A DNA stretch of 61,942 nucleotides, counting the filler, from Bacteriovoracaceae bacterium (GTDB lineage Bacteria; Bdellovibrionota; Bacteriovoracia; Bacteriovoracales; Bacteriovoracaceae), in the NCBI GenBank assembly GCA_018649885.1. It is 6 parts of 6 records of this genome, joined end to end, with 100 filler letters (N's around TTAATTAATTAA, not from the genome) between each part and the next. Parts side by side here need not be neighbours in the genome. Positions count along the whole stretch, not along the records: positions 23,025 to 41,408 come from JABIHA010000147.1; 5 more parts are not named here. One strand, written 5' to 3'. The notes beneath the pieces were generated by a model. That model had not been told where the DNA came from, did not search any database, and saw only the letters and a list, made by a program, of their open reading frames with translations. Positions 29,676 through 38,887 of the stretch are shown piece by piece (within the stretch, counting starts at the first letter, position 1; every line of letters begins with the position of its first letter). The translations under genes and the position numbers were made by a program.

Positions 29676-31250
29676 TTGGAGAGCCTCGTGGATCAAGTCC
29701 CGCTAGATTTAACTCAGGTAGAAGAAAGTAGTGTATCTCCAGAAGTTCTACCTATAGTTCCATCCCAAGATAATAAATTCAAAGTTGAAATTAACCTAGG
29801 CCTTGCCCTTCCTTTTAGATCTTATAAAAGAGGATCAGATGAAACTGATGGCGCTCAAAAGTCTGTGGTTAAATCCGTGGGCCCTGATGGAAGCCTCTAT
29901 AGAGTAGAAATTGAAACAAAAAGTGAAGAAGGCCCACTTGGTGGCCTTGATAACGATGTGCTGACAGTTCTTCTTACAATGGCCTGGGAGCAAAGAGACT
30001 ATAAATCAAACCAAACTAAAAGTAAGGGTTTCAGGGTCTACTATACAGTGACTGAAGTATGCAGAAGACTAAAGCTATCTGAGAACTCAAGAAACAAAGT
30101 AAAAAAATCTATTGAGAAGATAAAGTCCCAAAAGCTAAATATCAAAAACTTCATCTACAATAAATCAGAAAATAAAGCAGTCTTAAATGATGAAGAAACA
30201 AGAATCATACTAAAGTCGGGTAGGGTACGCGCCGCTCAAATGATGGATGAAGATGAATCAGATATCATGGCCACAAGCTATGTGGAGTTTGACGAGCCCA
30301 TTATAAAAAACCTTCACAATGAATATTTCTCAGTCATTAACCAAAAAGACTACCTCGCCCTTAGCTCAGGCTCTGAAAGAAGGGTAATCATCTACCTTCA
30401 ATCAAAAAGAAAGAAGTTTGGCGATGAGTACGCATTTGAGCTAACTGAGCTTGCAAATGTTCTAGGCCTTTCTGAGAGTAAGAAAAAAGGTGAGCTTATA
30501 AAAAAGTTCATGCAAAAAGTTAAAGATAAAATAGGCCTCATTGATTTTTCAATAAAAAAAATACGCGGAAAAGATGAATGGAACGTATTTGTTGAATTTA
30601 AATCAGATAGAGCAGAAATTGATAATTTTGTTGATCCATTTTATGCATCCCTTGTGAGCTATTTCGGAGAAGATAAACTAAGAGGCCTAGATGTTGCCGA
30701 ACTTGATATAGAAAACTGGAGACAAGAGTTCTCTGGAAAATTCAAAAGAGAAACTGGTAAAGATGAATTTATCTTTTCTAAAGAAAATCTTAACCCCGCA
30801 GAATTTTGTATTGATGTTACTCTCTATCAAATACTAAAAAAAGGCTACGTCCTTAAAACAACCTTTAAGGCCCTAGCAAGATCAATTCTAACTTCTATGA
30901 TTGATGGATTTCCAGAAATCCCTGATGGCTATAGATCATTTATCCATAAAAGAATGGAAAGTGAGAAAAAAGAAATTGCTCTTAAAAAAATGACAAAAGA
31001 AGTAGAGCTTAAAAAGAAACAAGAAGTCATTGAAGCAAAACGAATGGAAGACTCTTTTAACGAAATGTATGATGATCTTCTCATAAAAAATAAAGGCTTC
31101 ATGAGAGATATTGAAAAACGCGCTAAAGAATCCATCGGAGAAGATGAATCAGCCCCTTTGTACTCTCTCATGCTTGAAAATAAAATGCGTGAGATCGCAC
31201 GTGAAGATTTCGAAAACGGGGAATCGTTCGATTTCTTTAAAGATCACTAG
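29676..31250 (+). CDS. Plasmid replication initiator (winged-helix Rep-like)
   Basis: [15 protein letters not shown]...[13 protein letters not shown]...VKKSIEKI pattern and second w[15 protein letters not shown]; adjacent to the iterons. Confidence 0.75.
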   Translation: MESLVDQVPLDLTQVEESSVSPEVLPIVPSQDNKFKVEINLGLALPFRSYKRGSDETDGAQKSVVKSVGPDGSLYRVEIETKSEEGPLGGLDNDVLTVLLTMAWEQRDYKSNQTKSKGFRVYYTVTEVCRRLKLSENSRNKVKKSIEKIKSQKLNIKNFIYNKSENKAVLNDEETRIILKSGRVRAAQMMDEDESDIMATSYVEFDEPIIKNLHNEYFSVINQKDYLALSSGSERRVIIYLQSKRKKFGDEYAFELTELANVLGLSESKKKGELIKKFMQKVKDKIGLIDFSIKKIRGKDEWNVFVEFKSDRAEIDNFVDPFYASLVSYFGEDKLRGLDVAELDIENWRQEFSGKFKRETGKDEFIFSKENLNPAEFCIDVTLYQILKKGYVLKTTFKALARSILTSMIDGFPEIPDGYRSFIHKRMESEKKEIALKKMTKEVELKKKQEVIEAKRMEDSFNEMYDDLLIKNKGFMRDIEKRAKESIGEDESAPLYSLMLENKMREIAREDFENGESFDFFKDH

Positions 31251-31285
31251 CATTTGTAATTTTTTCACCACACAAGGCCTTCCCC

Positions 31286-33076
31286 ATGGACTCAAAAATC
31301 AAGGATCAAATTCTAGCTGCCACAAACTCAAAAAGAATTGAGAGCACTGAGCTTATTCAAAAGCTATGGAATGATTATGGTGATCTATTAAGAATTTATC
31401 TAAGTGGAGGTGAGTATAATAGTGTCATCCTAAAGCACATAAAAATACCAGACAATCAAAATCACCCAAAAGGATTTTCTGGAGATATCTCTAGAAAAAG
31501 AAAGATTAACTCATATCTTGTGGAAACAAACTGGTATGAAAACTATAATCACACTAATTTTTTAGATAACCATTCAAAAACTGCAAAAAAGCTTAAAACC
31601 TTTCAAAGCGGTGGTGAGTTTTTTATCCTTCTAGAAGATCTTGATGCCTCAGGATACAGCAAACGTCTGGAAGCTCCAGAGTTTAAAGAGATAAAGCTCG
31701 TTTTATCATGGCTTGCTAGCTTTCATGCAAAGTTTATGAATATCACACAAGCTGATCTTTGGGAGACTGGAACATATTGGCACCTTGAAACAAGGCCTGA
31801 CGAGCTAGTTAAGCTTCAAGATAAAAAATTAAAAGAGTTTGCACCACTGATTGATTCAAAATTAAGTAGTGCAAAATACCAAACCCTTGTTCACGGGGAC
31901 GCAAAGCTTGCAAATTTTTGTTTTTCAGATGATTTAGAAAGTGTGGCCGCTGTTGATTTTCAATACGTTGGTAATGGCACAGGAGTGAGAGATGTAGCTT
32001 ATTTTATTGGAAGTTGCATGGATGAGGTTGAGTGCAAGAAAAATGAGAGTGAGATTTTAGATTATTACTTTAATGAGCTAAGGTGTTTTTCAGATCTTGA
32101 TGAATGCCAGCACGCTGAGCTTGAATCTGAGTGGAGAGAGTTATACCCCTATGCTTGGGCCGATTTTCACCGCTTTTTAAAAGGCTGGAGCCCAGATCAC
32201 TGGAAGATAAATAACTATAGTGAAAAATTAAAAAATCAAGTGATCTCAAAGATTGAAGATGATCTATTAAGCTCCATGAAAAGTGCTTGCATAGAAGCTG
32301 GAAAAATCATTATGAGCTATTATAAAAGTGATTTTGAGATCTCAAAAAAAGAGGGATCAACACTTTCAAGCTCAGTTGTGACCGAAGTAGATATAAAATC
32401 TCAAAAATGTATTCTAGAAAATCTAGTTCAGACAATTAATACATATGACCTAGGCGTTTTATCAGAAGAAAAAAATGATGATGGATCAAGACTAGTTAAA
32501 GATTTCTTTTTTGCAATTGACCCACTTGATGGCACCTACTTTTTTAGCAGAGATGCTCCAGGGTTCTCTGTGTCAATTGCCCTGGTGGGTAGAGAGGGAG
32601 AGGCCACTGTCGGAGTTATCTATGATCCAGTAGGTAATACTCTTGTTCATGCAATAAAAGATAGGGGCTGTTATATAAATGATAAGATTCATAAAGTGGA
32701 AGCGGGGATAGGCTCAAACAAAAAAATAAGACTGTTTGCCGATCAAAGCCAAAAGGATGCTATAAATATCAAAACCCTTGAAGACAGCTTTGAAATTGAA
32801 TATACAGGAGGCGCTGTAATCAACTCCTTAAATGTTCTAACGACTAAAAATTCAACTTATTTTAAATATCCTAAAAAAGAGAAAGGCGGATGTGCCATTT
32901 GGGATTTAGCAGCGATTGATATTATATTTAAAGAAGCAAATGCCAGCATTACAAGTTTTGATGGTGAGAAACTTAGCTTTAACTCGGATGAGTCACATTA
33001 CTTTAATAAGGAAGGGCTAATGGTCTGTCATAATGAAGAGATACTAAAAAAAATAAAAGAAATGAAGTGTGAATGA
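31286..33076 (+). CDS. Fusion of APH/choline-kinase-like phosphotransferase and inositol monophosphatase/CysQ
   Basis: N-half: [25 protein letters not shown]-half: VTEVD, SEE, IDPLDGT, WDLAA. Confidence 0.87.
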   Translation: MDSKIKDQILAATNSKRIESTELIQKLWNDYGDLLRIYLSGGEYNSVILKHIKIPDNQNHPKGFSGDISRKRKINSYLVETNWYENYNHTNFLDNHSKTAKKLKTFQSGGEFFILLEDLDASGYSKRLEAPEFKEIKLVLSWLASFHAKFMNITQADLWETGTYWHLETRPDELVKLQDKKLKEFAPLIDSKLSSAKYQTLVHGDAKLANFCFSDDLESVAAVDFQYVGNGTGVRDVAYFIGSCMDEVECKKNESEILDYYFNELRCFSDLDECQHAELESEWRELYPYAWADFHRFLKGWSPDHWKINNYSEKLKNQVISKIEDDLLSSMKSACIEAGKIIMSYYKSDFEISKKEGSTLSSSVVTEVDIKSQKCILENLVQTINTYDLGVLSEEKNDDGSRLVKDFFFAIDPLDGTYFFSRDAPGFSVSIALVGREGEATVGVIYDPVGNTLVHAIKDRGCYINDKIHKVEAGIGSNKKIRLFADQSQKDAINIKTLEDSFEIEYTGGAVINSLNVLTTKNSTYFKYPKKEKGGCAIWDLAAIDIIFKEANASITSFDGEKLSFNSDESHYFNKEGLMVCHNEEILKKIKEMKCE

Positions 33077-33259
33077 TTTTTTGAACAACCAAAGAAGTGT
33101 GTTGGTGAGCAGGTGAGGTGTTCGCCGATAGGAAGGGAGACGGGAAAAACGTGAGTTGGTGGACGGAGTAAAACAAAAATCAAGTCAGCATGCATTCAAA
33201 CTCCAATAAATATAAAAAAGTATCAATATTCGTTTTTTTTTCAATATAGCCTGGATCTT

Positions 33260-33499
33260 TTGAGAATCTTCTATTCAAAATTAATTTTAAACTTTGAGCT
33301 TCAAGATGAAGCTCATTTCATAAACCCTAAAAACGACGGGGAGTGGCCTACTGTAAAGGGAAGGCGGGAGAAGTCAGATAACACTGATGAGGAATGCCTT
33401 TTAAGAGAAATTTCAGAAGAATTTGGTGCTAAAATGAGGGGTCTAAGTACCTCAACCAGACCCCTTACAAGTTATCAAAAACACCAACCTGCCATTTAA
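33260..33499 (+). pseudogene. Nudix hydrolase remnant
   Basis: Nudix-box-like GRREKSDNTDEECLLREISEEFG in a short ORF lacking a convincing start or complete C-terminus. Confidence 0.55.
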
Positions 33500-33723
33500 G
33501 TAACCTTTTTTTATGAGTCAACAGTATTGGAAAATGTAGCATCAACAATAAGCTTGGGTGACATTTTTAAAGCGGAAAAAATATTTCAAGCTAAAAGAAC
33601 TTCAATAAAACCAAGGCCTTCAAATACATAACTTAGTCAGCTAAAAAGCTTGTTGAGTCAACGGGGCCAGAGAGAGGGAATACAATTATCATTTTACTGA
33701 GTCATATCGGGGACTTATTTCTG

Positions 33724-33751
33724 ATGCCCCATAATAATTGTTATAAGGCAT
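33724..33751. other. dif-like tyrosine recombinase site
   Basis: 11-6-11 layout ATGCCCCATAA-TAATTG-TTATAAGGCAT, with CATAA/TTAT inner ends. Confidence 0.5.
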
Positions 33752-33833
33752 TGAAATTATTGACTTACAATAACGGTTATTTAATTCACCTTTTCTTAAG
33801 CACCTGATCTTCCGTGAAATATTTCGTGACATT

Positions 33834-33851
33834 TGTAATATATATGTTACA
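33834..33851. promoter_or_regulatory. Palindromic operator candidate upstream of the TA pair
   Basis: TGTAATATATATGTTACA imperfect palindrome 25 bp upstream of the 33877 start. Confidence 0.45.
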
Positions 33852-33876
33852 ATAAATTTGAAGGGAATCAGGCTTT

Positions 33877-34269
33877 ATGGCAAGTAAGGATACGTTTACC
33901 GCAGAAGTTCCAAAGGAATTTGAGACGACTGATGAGTACACAAAGTGGAAAGAAGCGATTGATGGATCGCTGAAAGACTACGTTGAGGCCGCCGAGTCTA
34001 AGATAGAAAATGACGGACTTATCACCAATGCCAAAAAATTAGAAAATGGTCTGTATGAAAGAAAGTGGAAAAATGGATTAAGAGTATATTTCTCAGTGGT
34101 TATTAAAGATGAACAAAAGACACTTTTAATATTAGGCAGTGGTAAAGGAAAAGAGCAAGCAAAGGCCATTAAGCAGTGTGAAAAAATTCTTGAAGAATAT
34201 AATGTATATACTGGTGAAATAAAATTTAATGATGGAGGCAATCATGGCACTTCGAAAAAATTTGAATAA
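33877..34269 (+). CDS. RelE/HigB-like addiction-module toxin
   Basis: T.EY.KW...KL..GLYE.KW..GLRVYF......L.LG..K..Q.K.I pattern; toxin-first order. Confidence 0.75.
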   Translation: MASKDTFTAEVPKEFETTDEYTKWKEAIDGSLKDYVEAAESKIENDGLITNAKKLENGLYERKWKNGLRVYFSVVIKDEQKTLLILGSGKGKEQAKAIKQCEKILEEYNVYTGEIKFNDGGNHGTSKKFE

Positions 34270-34531
34270 AAAAGTAAAACAATCTAGGTTTGCAGATCCA
34301 AAATATATTTTGGAGGCCTTGAAAAATTTCATGAATGATGGTGAGTTTCACTCTATGACTGATCTCATTAGTGCTTATATTAAGCACTCCCCTAAATACT
34401 TAACTCAAGAAGAGTTCGCAGCTGCAATCGGTACTAATAGGCAAACCCTTCACCGAATGATGGCACATGAAAATGTCTCTTTAAATTTATTTTTTAGTGC
34501 TTTAGAGCAAATTCATGACGATGCTCAATAG
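34229..34531 (+). CDS. HTH (XRE) antitoxin
   Basis: TQEEFAAAIGTNRQTLHRM HTH; overlaps the toxin gene. Confidence 0.75.
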   Translation: MMEAIMALRKNLNKKVKQSRFADPKYILEALKNFMNDGEFHSMTDLISAYIKHSPKYLTQEEFAAAIGTNRQTLHRMMAHENVSLNLFFSALEQIHDDAQ

Positions 34532-34661
34532 AGTCTCTTCAAGGCCATTTAAAGAATAAAAACTTATTTTGTATGAGCTGAAATTGCCTACCACTCCAAA
34601 GCCGCCTTAGTATTCTATTTAGTAGACTTAGTTATAGATTGGATCAATTCCGAAACGAAGA

Positions 34662-35267
34662 TCAGGCAGCTTTCAGGATAGTATCAATATAGCCTTGGAT
34701 TTCTTGATTCCAAAATGTTTTCAAGTTTTCATCTTGAGATGTAAAGCAGGCCATCATTTTTATTATGCTTGTCTCACAAATCTGGCTTGGTCTCTGAAGA
34801 ACCAATTCTGAGATCGAAATCAATTGAACCATCATCTTTGGTTTAAACTGAATATTAACCTTCTTCCTATCATCATCTGAATTAAACGAACTAAGAATGT
34901 CTTTATTCATTAAACTATTAAATCGAGATACAAGATCAGTATTTATATCAATATGATTTATATAAACGGTGACTAACGCTCTCATAAGGGCTGCTTGCGT
35001 GACACCGGGATAATCTTCAATAAATTTATCAAGACACATAGTCAGGTTTTTAGATAAATGACATTGTACTTGAAACTTGTCACGCTTTTGATGATATCTC
35101 TCATTAAGCCATTCCATATAGGCACTCTCAAAGTCTTTTCCTCTAAGGTAGGCTCCACAATCATTGCAAACTAAAGTATTATGATTAAATTTCATACCAA
35201 GGAAATCCAGCTCAGCATCTTCTTTTGAGAAATTTTTATGATTACAATCCATGTCCAGCACCTTCAA
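34662..35267 (-). CDS. Zinc-ribbon protein; MqsA-like antitoxin candidate
   Basis: N-terminal C.H...VCNDCG zinc ribbon followed by two ribbon-helix-helix-like segments; downstream of a small gene. Confidence 0.5.
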   Translation of the reverse strand: MKVLDMDCNHKNFSKEDAELDFLGMKFNHNTLVCNDCGAYLRGKDFESAYMEWLNERYHQKRDKFQVQCHLSKNLTMCLDKFIEDYPGVTQAALMRALVTVYINHIDINTDLVSRFNSLMNKDILSSFNSDDDRKKVNIQFKPKMMVQLISISELVLQRPSQICETSIIKMMACFTSQDENLKTFWNQEIQGYIDTILKAA

Positions 35268-35301
35268 CTTACACTTAATACAATTTAAAAACTAAGATAA
35301 C

Positions 35302-35682
35302 TTATTTTACTACAGTGAGCTTCGGAGTAGATTTTTTAAAGGATTGGATCTCTACACCTCTTGGATCATCAATTTCAAAGAAAAATCCCTTCAAATATAT
35401 TTTTATACTATGACCCATTACTTCAAATTCATCTTCGATACTAAATACCCACTTAAAACCTGTTTCTGAATATTTGCCCTCGTCACTTTCTCTGGGAGAC
35501 ATTTTCAGAGGGACACTTCTTCCAACTTGCAAAGAGTTAAGATACCTTTCAAGCATCTCTTTAGATAAATTCTCTGGTCTTTTCTCCCAGTATTCAAGAT
35601 CGTTTAAGCCTGCGTATTTCAATTTTTTTAGAAAGTCTTCCTGCTTATCCTGAATGAGATTTTTTAGTTCTTCCTTGTCCAT
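35302..35682 (-). CDS. Small protein; MqsR/RelE-like toxin candidate
   Basis: C-terminal W.F.......IYLKG.F......G..IQSF pattern; upstream of the zinc-ribbon gene. Confidence 0.45.
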   Translation of the reverse strand: MDKEELKNLIQDKQEDFLKKLKYAGLNDLEYWEKRPENLSKEMLERYLNSLQVGRSVPLKMSPRESDEGKYSETGFKWVFSIEDEFEVMGHSIKIYLKGFFFEIDDPRGVEIQSFKKSTPKLTVVK

Positions 35683-35739
35683 CCCATATTCCCTTATAAT
35701 TTAACCAGCTTCTCTTTAAACCGTAAATGAGGTGGGATA

Positions 35740-35815
35740 TACCTCATCCGCTGTAGCCCTGGTAGTATATACAGCATCCGCTGTAAAGTAAAGATCTGTT
35801 ACCTTATCTGCTGTA
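35740..35815. promoter_or_regulatory. Three 16-bp operator-like repeats at 30-bp period
   Basis: TACCTCATCCGCTGTA (35740), TACAGCATCCGCTGTA (35770, palindromic arms) and TACCTTATCTGCTGTA (35800). Confidence 0.65.
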
Positions 35816-35982
35816 ATGCATGTAAAATCAATCGGTTACGATGTGGAATCTGGTGATGATACCTGAACTTTAGGTGATTTTTTTAAAAAGACCATCAAAC
35901 TTACTTTCATTAGGCTTTTTCTGGAAACACTGGAAGTATCAGGAACAACAAAATTATCCAAACGAGTAGTTAAAATGATCTT

Positions 35983-36348
35983 TTAATTATAACTTTCCAT
36001 ATTTGTACAAGATAAAGTGTAGATGTCCTTTTTAACATTTAAGATGACGGTTGCTTTATTTACTCCCTCAGAGGTTTTTTCAACCCTCTTGTGGTTTAGA
36101 GACAAAACTATTCCATATTGAAAAGGAAGAAAAAGCACTTCAGCGTGAACGTCGTCTTTATCGCCATTATAATATTCGGTAGACTCTTCTTCATAATCAT
36201 CACCCCTTGAAGCGATTAGAGAAATTTCCTCTTTTTGATTTTTTAGAAAAGAACAATCAAGGCTACCAGAAAAATCTGAATCGGCAGCATGTAAAGTAGC
36301 AACACACATCAGTGCTACTAAAACAGCATTCAAAAGTAATTTTGTCAC
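35983..36348 (-). CDS. Secreted hypothetical protein
   Basis: Signal peptide ending TLHA; Cys near each end of the mature part. Confidence 0.7.
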   Translation of the reverse strand: MTKLLLNAVLVALMCVATLHAADSDFSGSLDCSFLKNQKEEISLIASRGDDYEEESTEYYNGDKDDVHAEVLFLPFQYGIVLSLNHKRVEKTSEGVNKATVILNVKKDIYTLSCTNMESYN

Positions 36349-36506
36349 TGATCCCCTCGTCTTATTAAGATATTTTTAATACAACAAGTGTATCCACACT
36401 CTAAAACTAGGTAACTCCCCTGTTTGAAAAGATCAATATGGGTGGTTTCTTTGCCAAAGAAAATTCAAAAAAGAAATGGGCTTGCCAATGAAAAATTGCC
36501 AATATT

Positions 36507-36539
36507 AAATCCGTAAGTAACTTTGTTACTTACGGATTT
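36507..36539 (-). terminator. Perfect 15-bp inverted repeat; probable terminator of the regulator-peptide operon
   Basis: AAATCCGTAAGTAAC-ttt-GTTACTTACGGATTT, 65 bp downstream of the 36605 stop. Confidence 0.55.
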
Positions 36540-36604
36540 CTTTAATAGAAATGTTTTTATATGAAAAGAAGTAAAATTAAGAATTTGTACAATTTAGGCA
36601 TTTT

Positions 36605-36874
36605 TTAGCCACCACCACCAGTGCCAGTCGAATCACCAGATCGCATCATTGTCTTACCAGTAAACCTAAATGCATTAATGTCTTCACTTTGGATTACAGA
36701 TCCATTATTTAAGATGACTTTTGATGGAAACTTATCACTGTAGTTATTCTTGATCGTTTCTTTAATGTCTCTATCCGTATAGAACTGATGGCCTTTAGTT
36801 GCCACCCAGCTAAGTTTGCTAGTTGCAAAAGAAATATTGGATGCAAATATAAGAGTTAGTATTAAAAATTTCAC
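36605..36874 (-). CDS. Small secreted protein ending SGDSTGTGGGG
   Basis: Signal peptide (MKFLILTLIFASNISFA); start overlaps the regulator stop codon. Confidence 0.8.
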   Translation of the reverse strand: MKFLILTLIFASNISFATSKLSWVATKGHQFYTDRDIKETIKNNYSDKFPSKVILNNGSVIQSEDINAFRFTGKTMMRSGDSTGTGGGG

Positions 36875-37665
36875 TGCTGAACCTCCACTTCCTTGGTGGG
36901 TTTTGTATCAATAGTATCAGCTACCATGCCGATGAAAAAAGTAGATTGATCTGAAGGATCTTTAGTTTTAAATTTTCCAGACCCAAATTCATCTTTTATT
37001 TTGTTAAAGGCATCCTGAAGAGTTTCTCTAACAAACTTCATGGCCTCTTCCCTATCACCTACTTCTGTTTGAAAACTACACCAGTTTTCTCCAAGACCAA
37101 ATAGCTCTTCCCTATAGCCTTTGTCTAAACATACTTGAAACATTTTCTTTATTGTCGCTTGAGAATATGTTCTTGGCTGGGTCCATGGTTTAATATAGCC
37201 GGCATCATCTTCTGCAAGAATGCCTTGCTGAATAAGTCTATTGAGATTTCTATCACCCTGAGCACCTAGCTCGCGGACAACTTCCTCACGAGATGTACCC
37301 TTTTGTGTGTAAGCAAGAAGTAATGTGAAACAAAACTCTTCTTTGGTTAACAGTTCATCCACTTCAGGTGAAAGAGGTTTATAATTTTTTAAATGCTTCA
37401 AATTTTCCTGAAAGCTACCTTGAAGTTTAGGATTAACCTCTCCCAATACTTCTATTAATCGGTGCTGATTACCAGTACCAATTACAATGTCAGTTAAAAG
37501 CTCATAGCTTGGATTAGTGTTTAAGTTCTCAATCCTATTAATGGATGATTGCTTAATCCCAATCAGCTGAGCGATTCGAGATGAACTCTTAATGTGTGGG
37601 TGTTTTGCCTTAAAACCATCAATCAGTTTTTTGGCAATAACACATGTACTAGAAGGCATTTCCAC
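36871..37665 (-). CDS. HTH transcriptional regulator resembling the TIGR02147/DUF4423 family
   Basis: N-terminal XRE-like HTH (SSRIAQLIGIKQSSINRIEN), central winged-helix-like segment and C-terminal alpha/beta domain. The family name is from resemblance only. Confidence 0.6.
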   Translation of the reverse strand: MEMPSSTCVIAKKLIDGFKAKHPHIKSSSRIAQLIGIKQSSINRIENLNTNPSYELLTDIVIGTGNQHRLIEVLGEVNPKLQGSFQENLKHLKNYKPLSPEVDELLTKEEFCFTLLLAYTQKGTSREEVVRELGAQGDRNLNRLIQQGILAEDDAGYIKPWTQPRTYSQATIKKMFQVCLDKGYREELFGLGENWCSFQTEVGDREEAMKFVRETLQDAFNKIKDEFGSGKFKTKDPSDQSTFFIGMVADTIDTKPTKEVEVQQ

Positions 37666-37901
37666 TAAAAACTCCTACCCATGATGAATTATTATTCTTG
37701 GTGGGTAACATAAGTGTTGATAACTGGCTCGTCAAGTAGTCGTGGGTAATTACCTTGTTTCACTTGTGAAATAGCTATTGATTTAGTTGTTTAGGGCCGG
37801 TTTTATGGCTGAAATTAATTTAATAGCGACCTTGAAAACAAAACTAATGGGTAGTGAGTCATAAGTATTAAAAGCTGAAGGTCATAAAAAAGAAGGTAGT
37901 A

Positions 37902-38159
37902 ATGAAGAAATACACGAAGATAGTGCGATGCGCGATGGGCGTTTTCACTTTATCTTTCACTTTGGCCAGTGGACCTCTTCCTGAGCGTGGAAATGACTCA
38001 GGCGGCGGAAAAGTGTGTACCAATTGGTCCAGTGAACTGACAGCCGCTAAGTCTAGAAAAGGTGATGACGGTAGCGGTGGCGGATTAAAGCTCGAAGATA
38101 CATTTGATCAACTGGTGGTGGGCCCGGGCCTAAAAGCACAGGGGATGTATAAATTTTAA
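37902..38159 (+). CDS. Small secreted protein with two GGG motifs
   Basis: Signal-like N-terminus; RGNDSGGG and KGDDGSGGG. Confidence 0.7.
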   Translation: MKKYTKIVRCAMGVFTLSFTLASGPLPERGNDSGGGKVCTNWSSELTAAKSRKGDDGSGGGLKLEDTFDQLVVGPGLKAQGMYKF

Positions 38160-38197
38160 TAACTTTATAAATAACAACAACCAACAGGAGAAAAGAG

Positions 38198-38395
38198 ATG
38201 AAAGTTTTAATTGTAGTTTTAAGTTTAATGATGGCAGTAGGCGCTTTTGCAAAAGGCGACAGAGATGGATCAATGACCAAAAAGGGTGATAGAGACAGCT
38301 CAATAAAAAAAAGAGGAAATGGAAATGATGACCTTGAAGGACCAAAAGAAATTAGAGGCGGTGGAGTGAAGACAAAAGGAACTGGGGACGTATAA
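38198..38395 (+). CDS. Small secreted repeat peptide precursor
   Basis: AGGAG RBS; signal peptide ending AFA; KGDRDGSMTK-KGDRDSSIK-KRGNGNDD repeats; RGGG. Confidence 0.75.
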   Translation: MKVLIVVLSLMMAVGAFAKGDRDGSMTKKGDRDSSIKKRGNGNDDLEGPKEIRGGGVKTKGTGDV

Positions 38396-38431
38396 GGGTC
38401 TTTTTTTGGGGGTTCATTAAGGGGGAAAGAG

Positions 38432-38848
38432 ATGAAAAAAATACTATTAATAATTATGACTCTAGCGCTTGTAAGTTGCGGAAGTGAAGATAACGGCGTA
38501 GCCGCAGGTGACGGATCAGGCGGTGGGAAGAAGAGTATTAATGGTGAGAGTGCAGATTCTTACTATGATAGCTTCATGAGCGTTGAGGGTAATATGAAAG
38601 TTCTCACAGACAATTTATCAATCGCTTTCACAGGTCACCAATTGATTCTAAAAAAAGATATGGGCGAGTACGAAATTGGTGATCCTCAAGGCTTTTTAGT
38701 CTACGAGGGTAAATACCAAGTTTCAGGGCTAAATCTCAACCTTACGGGCTTCGGAGTCGGCTCAGGGATTCAGTCAAATGGAAAAAAGTGCATCGAGGTC
38801 ATTCCAGACGGTAAAACGCCGATGGAAAGAGCACTTTTTTGCTTATAA
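38432..38848 (+). CDS. Lipoprotein with GDGSGGG motif
   Basis: Lipobox LVSC followed by AAGDGSGGG. Confidence 0.8.
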   Translation: MKKILLIIMTLALVSCGSEDNGVAAGDGSGGGKKSINGESADSYYDSFMSVEGNMKVLTDNLSIAFTGHQLILKKDMGEYEIGDPQGFLVYEGKYQVSGLNLNLTGFGVGSGIQSNGKKCIEVIPDGKTPMERALFCL

Positions 38849-38887
38849 AATAAGAATTTAAATTTAGCACAAAATACGGGGTTTATT

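Noticed and set aside
36450..36503. Three TTGCCAA heptamers resembling the centromere core
   Set aside because: Too short and irregularly spaced to distinguish from chance.
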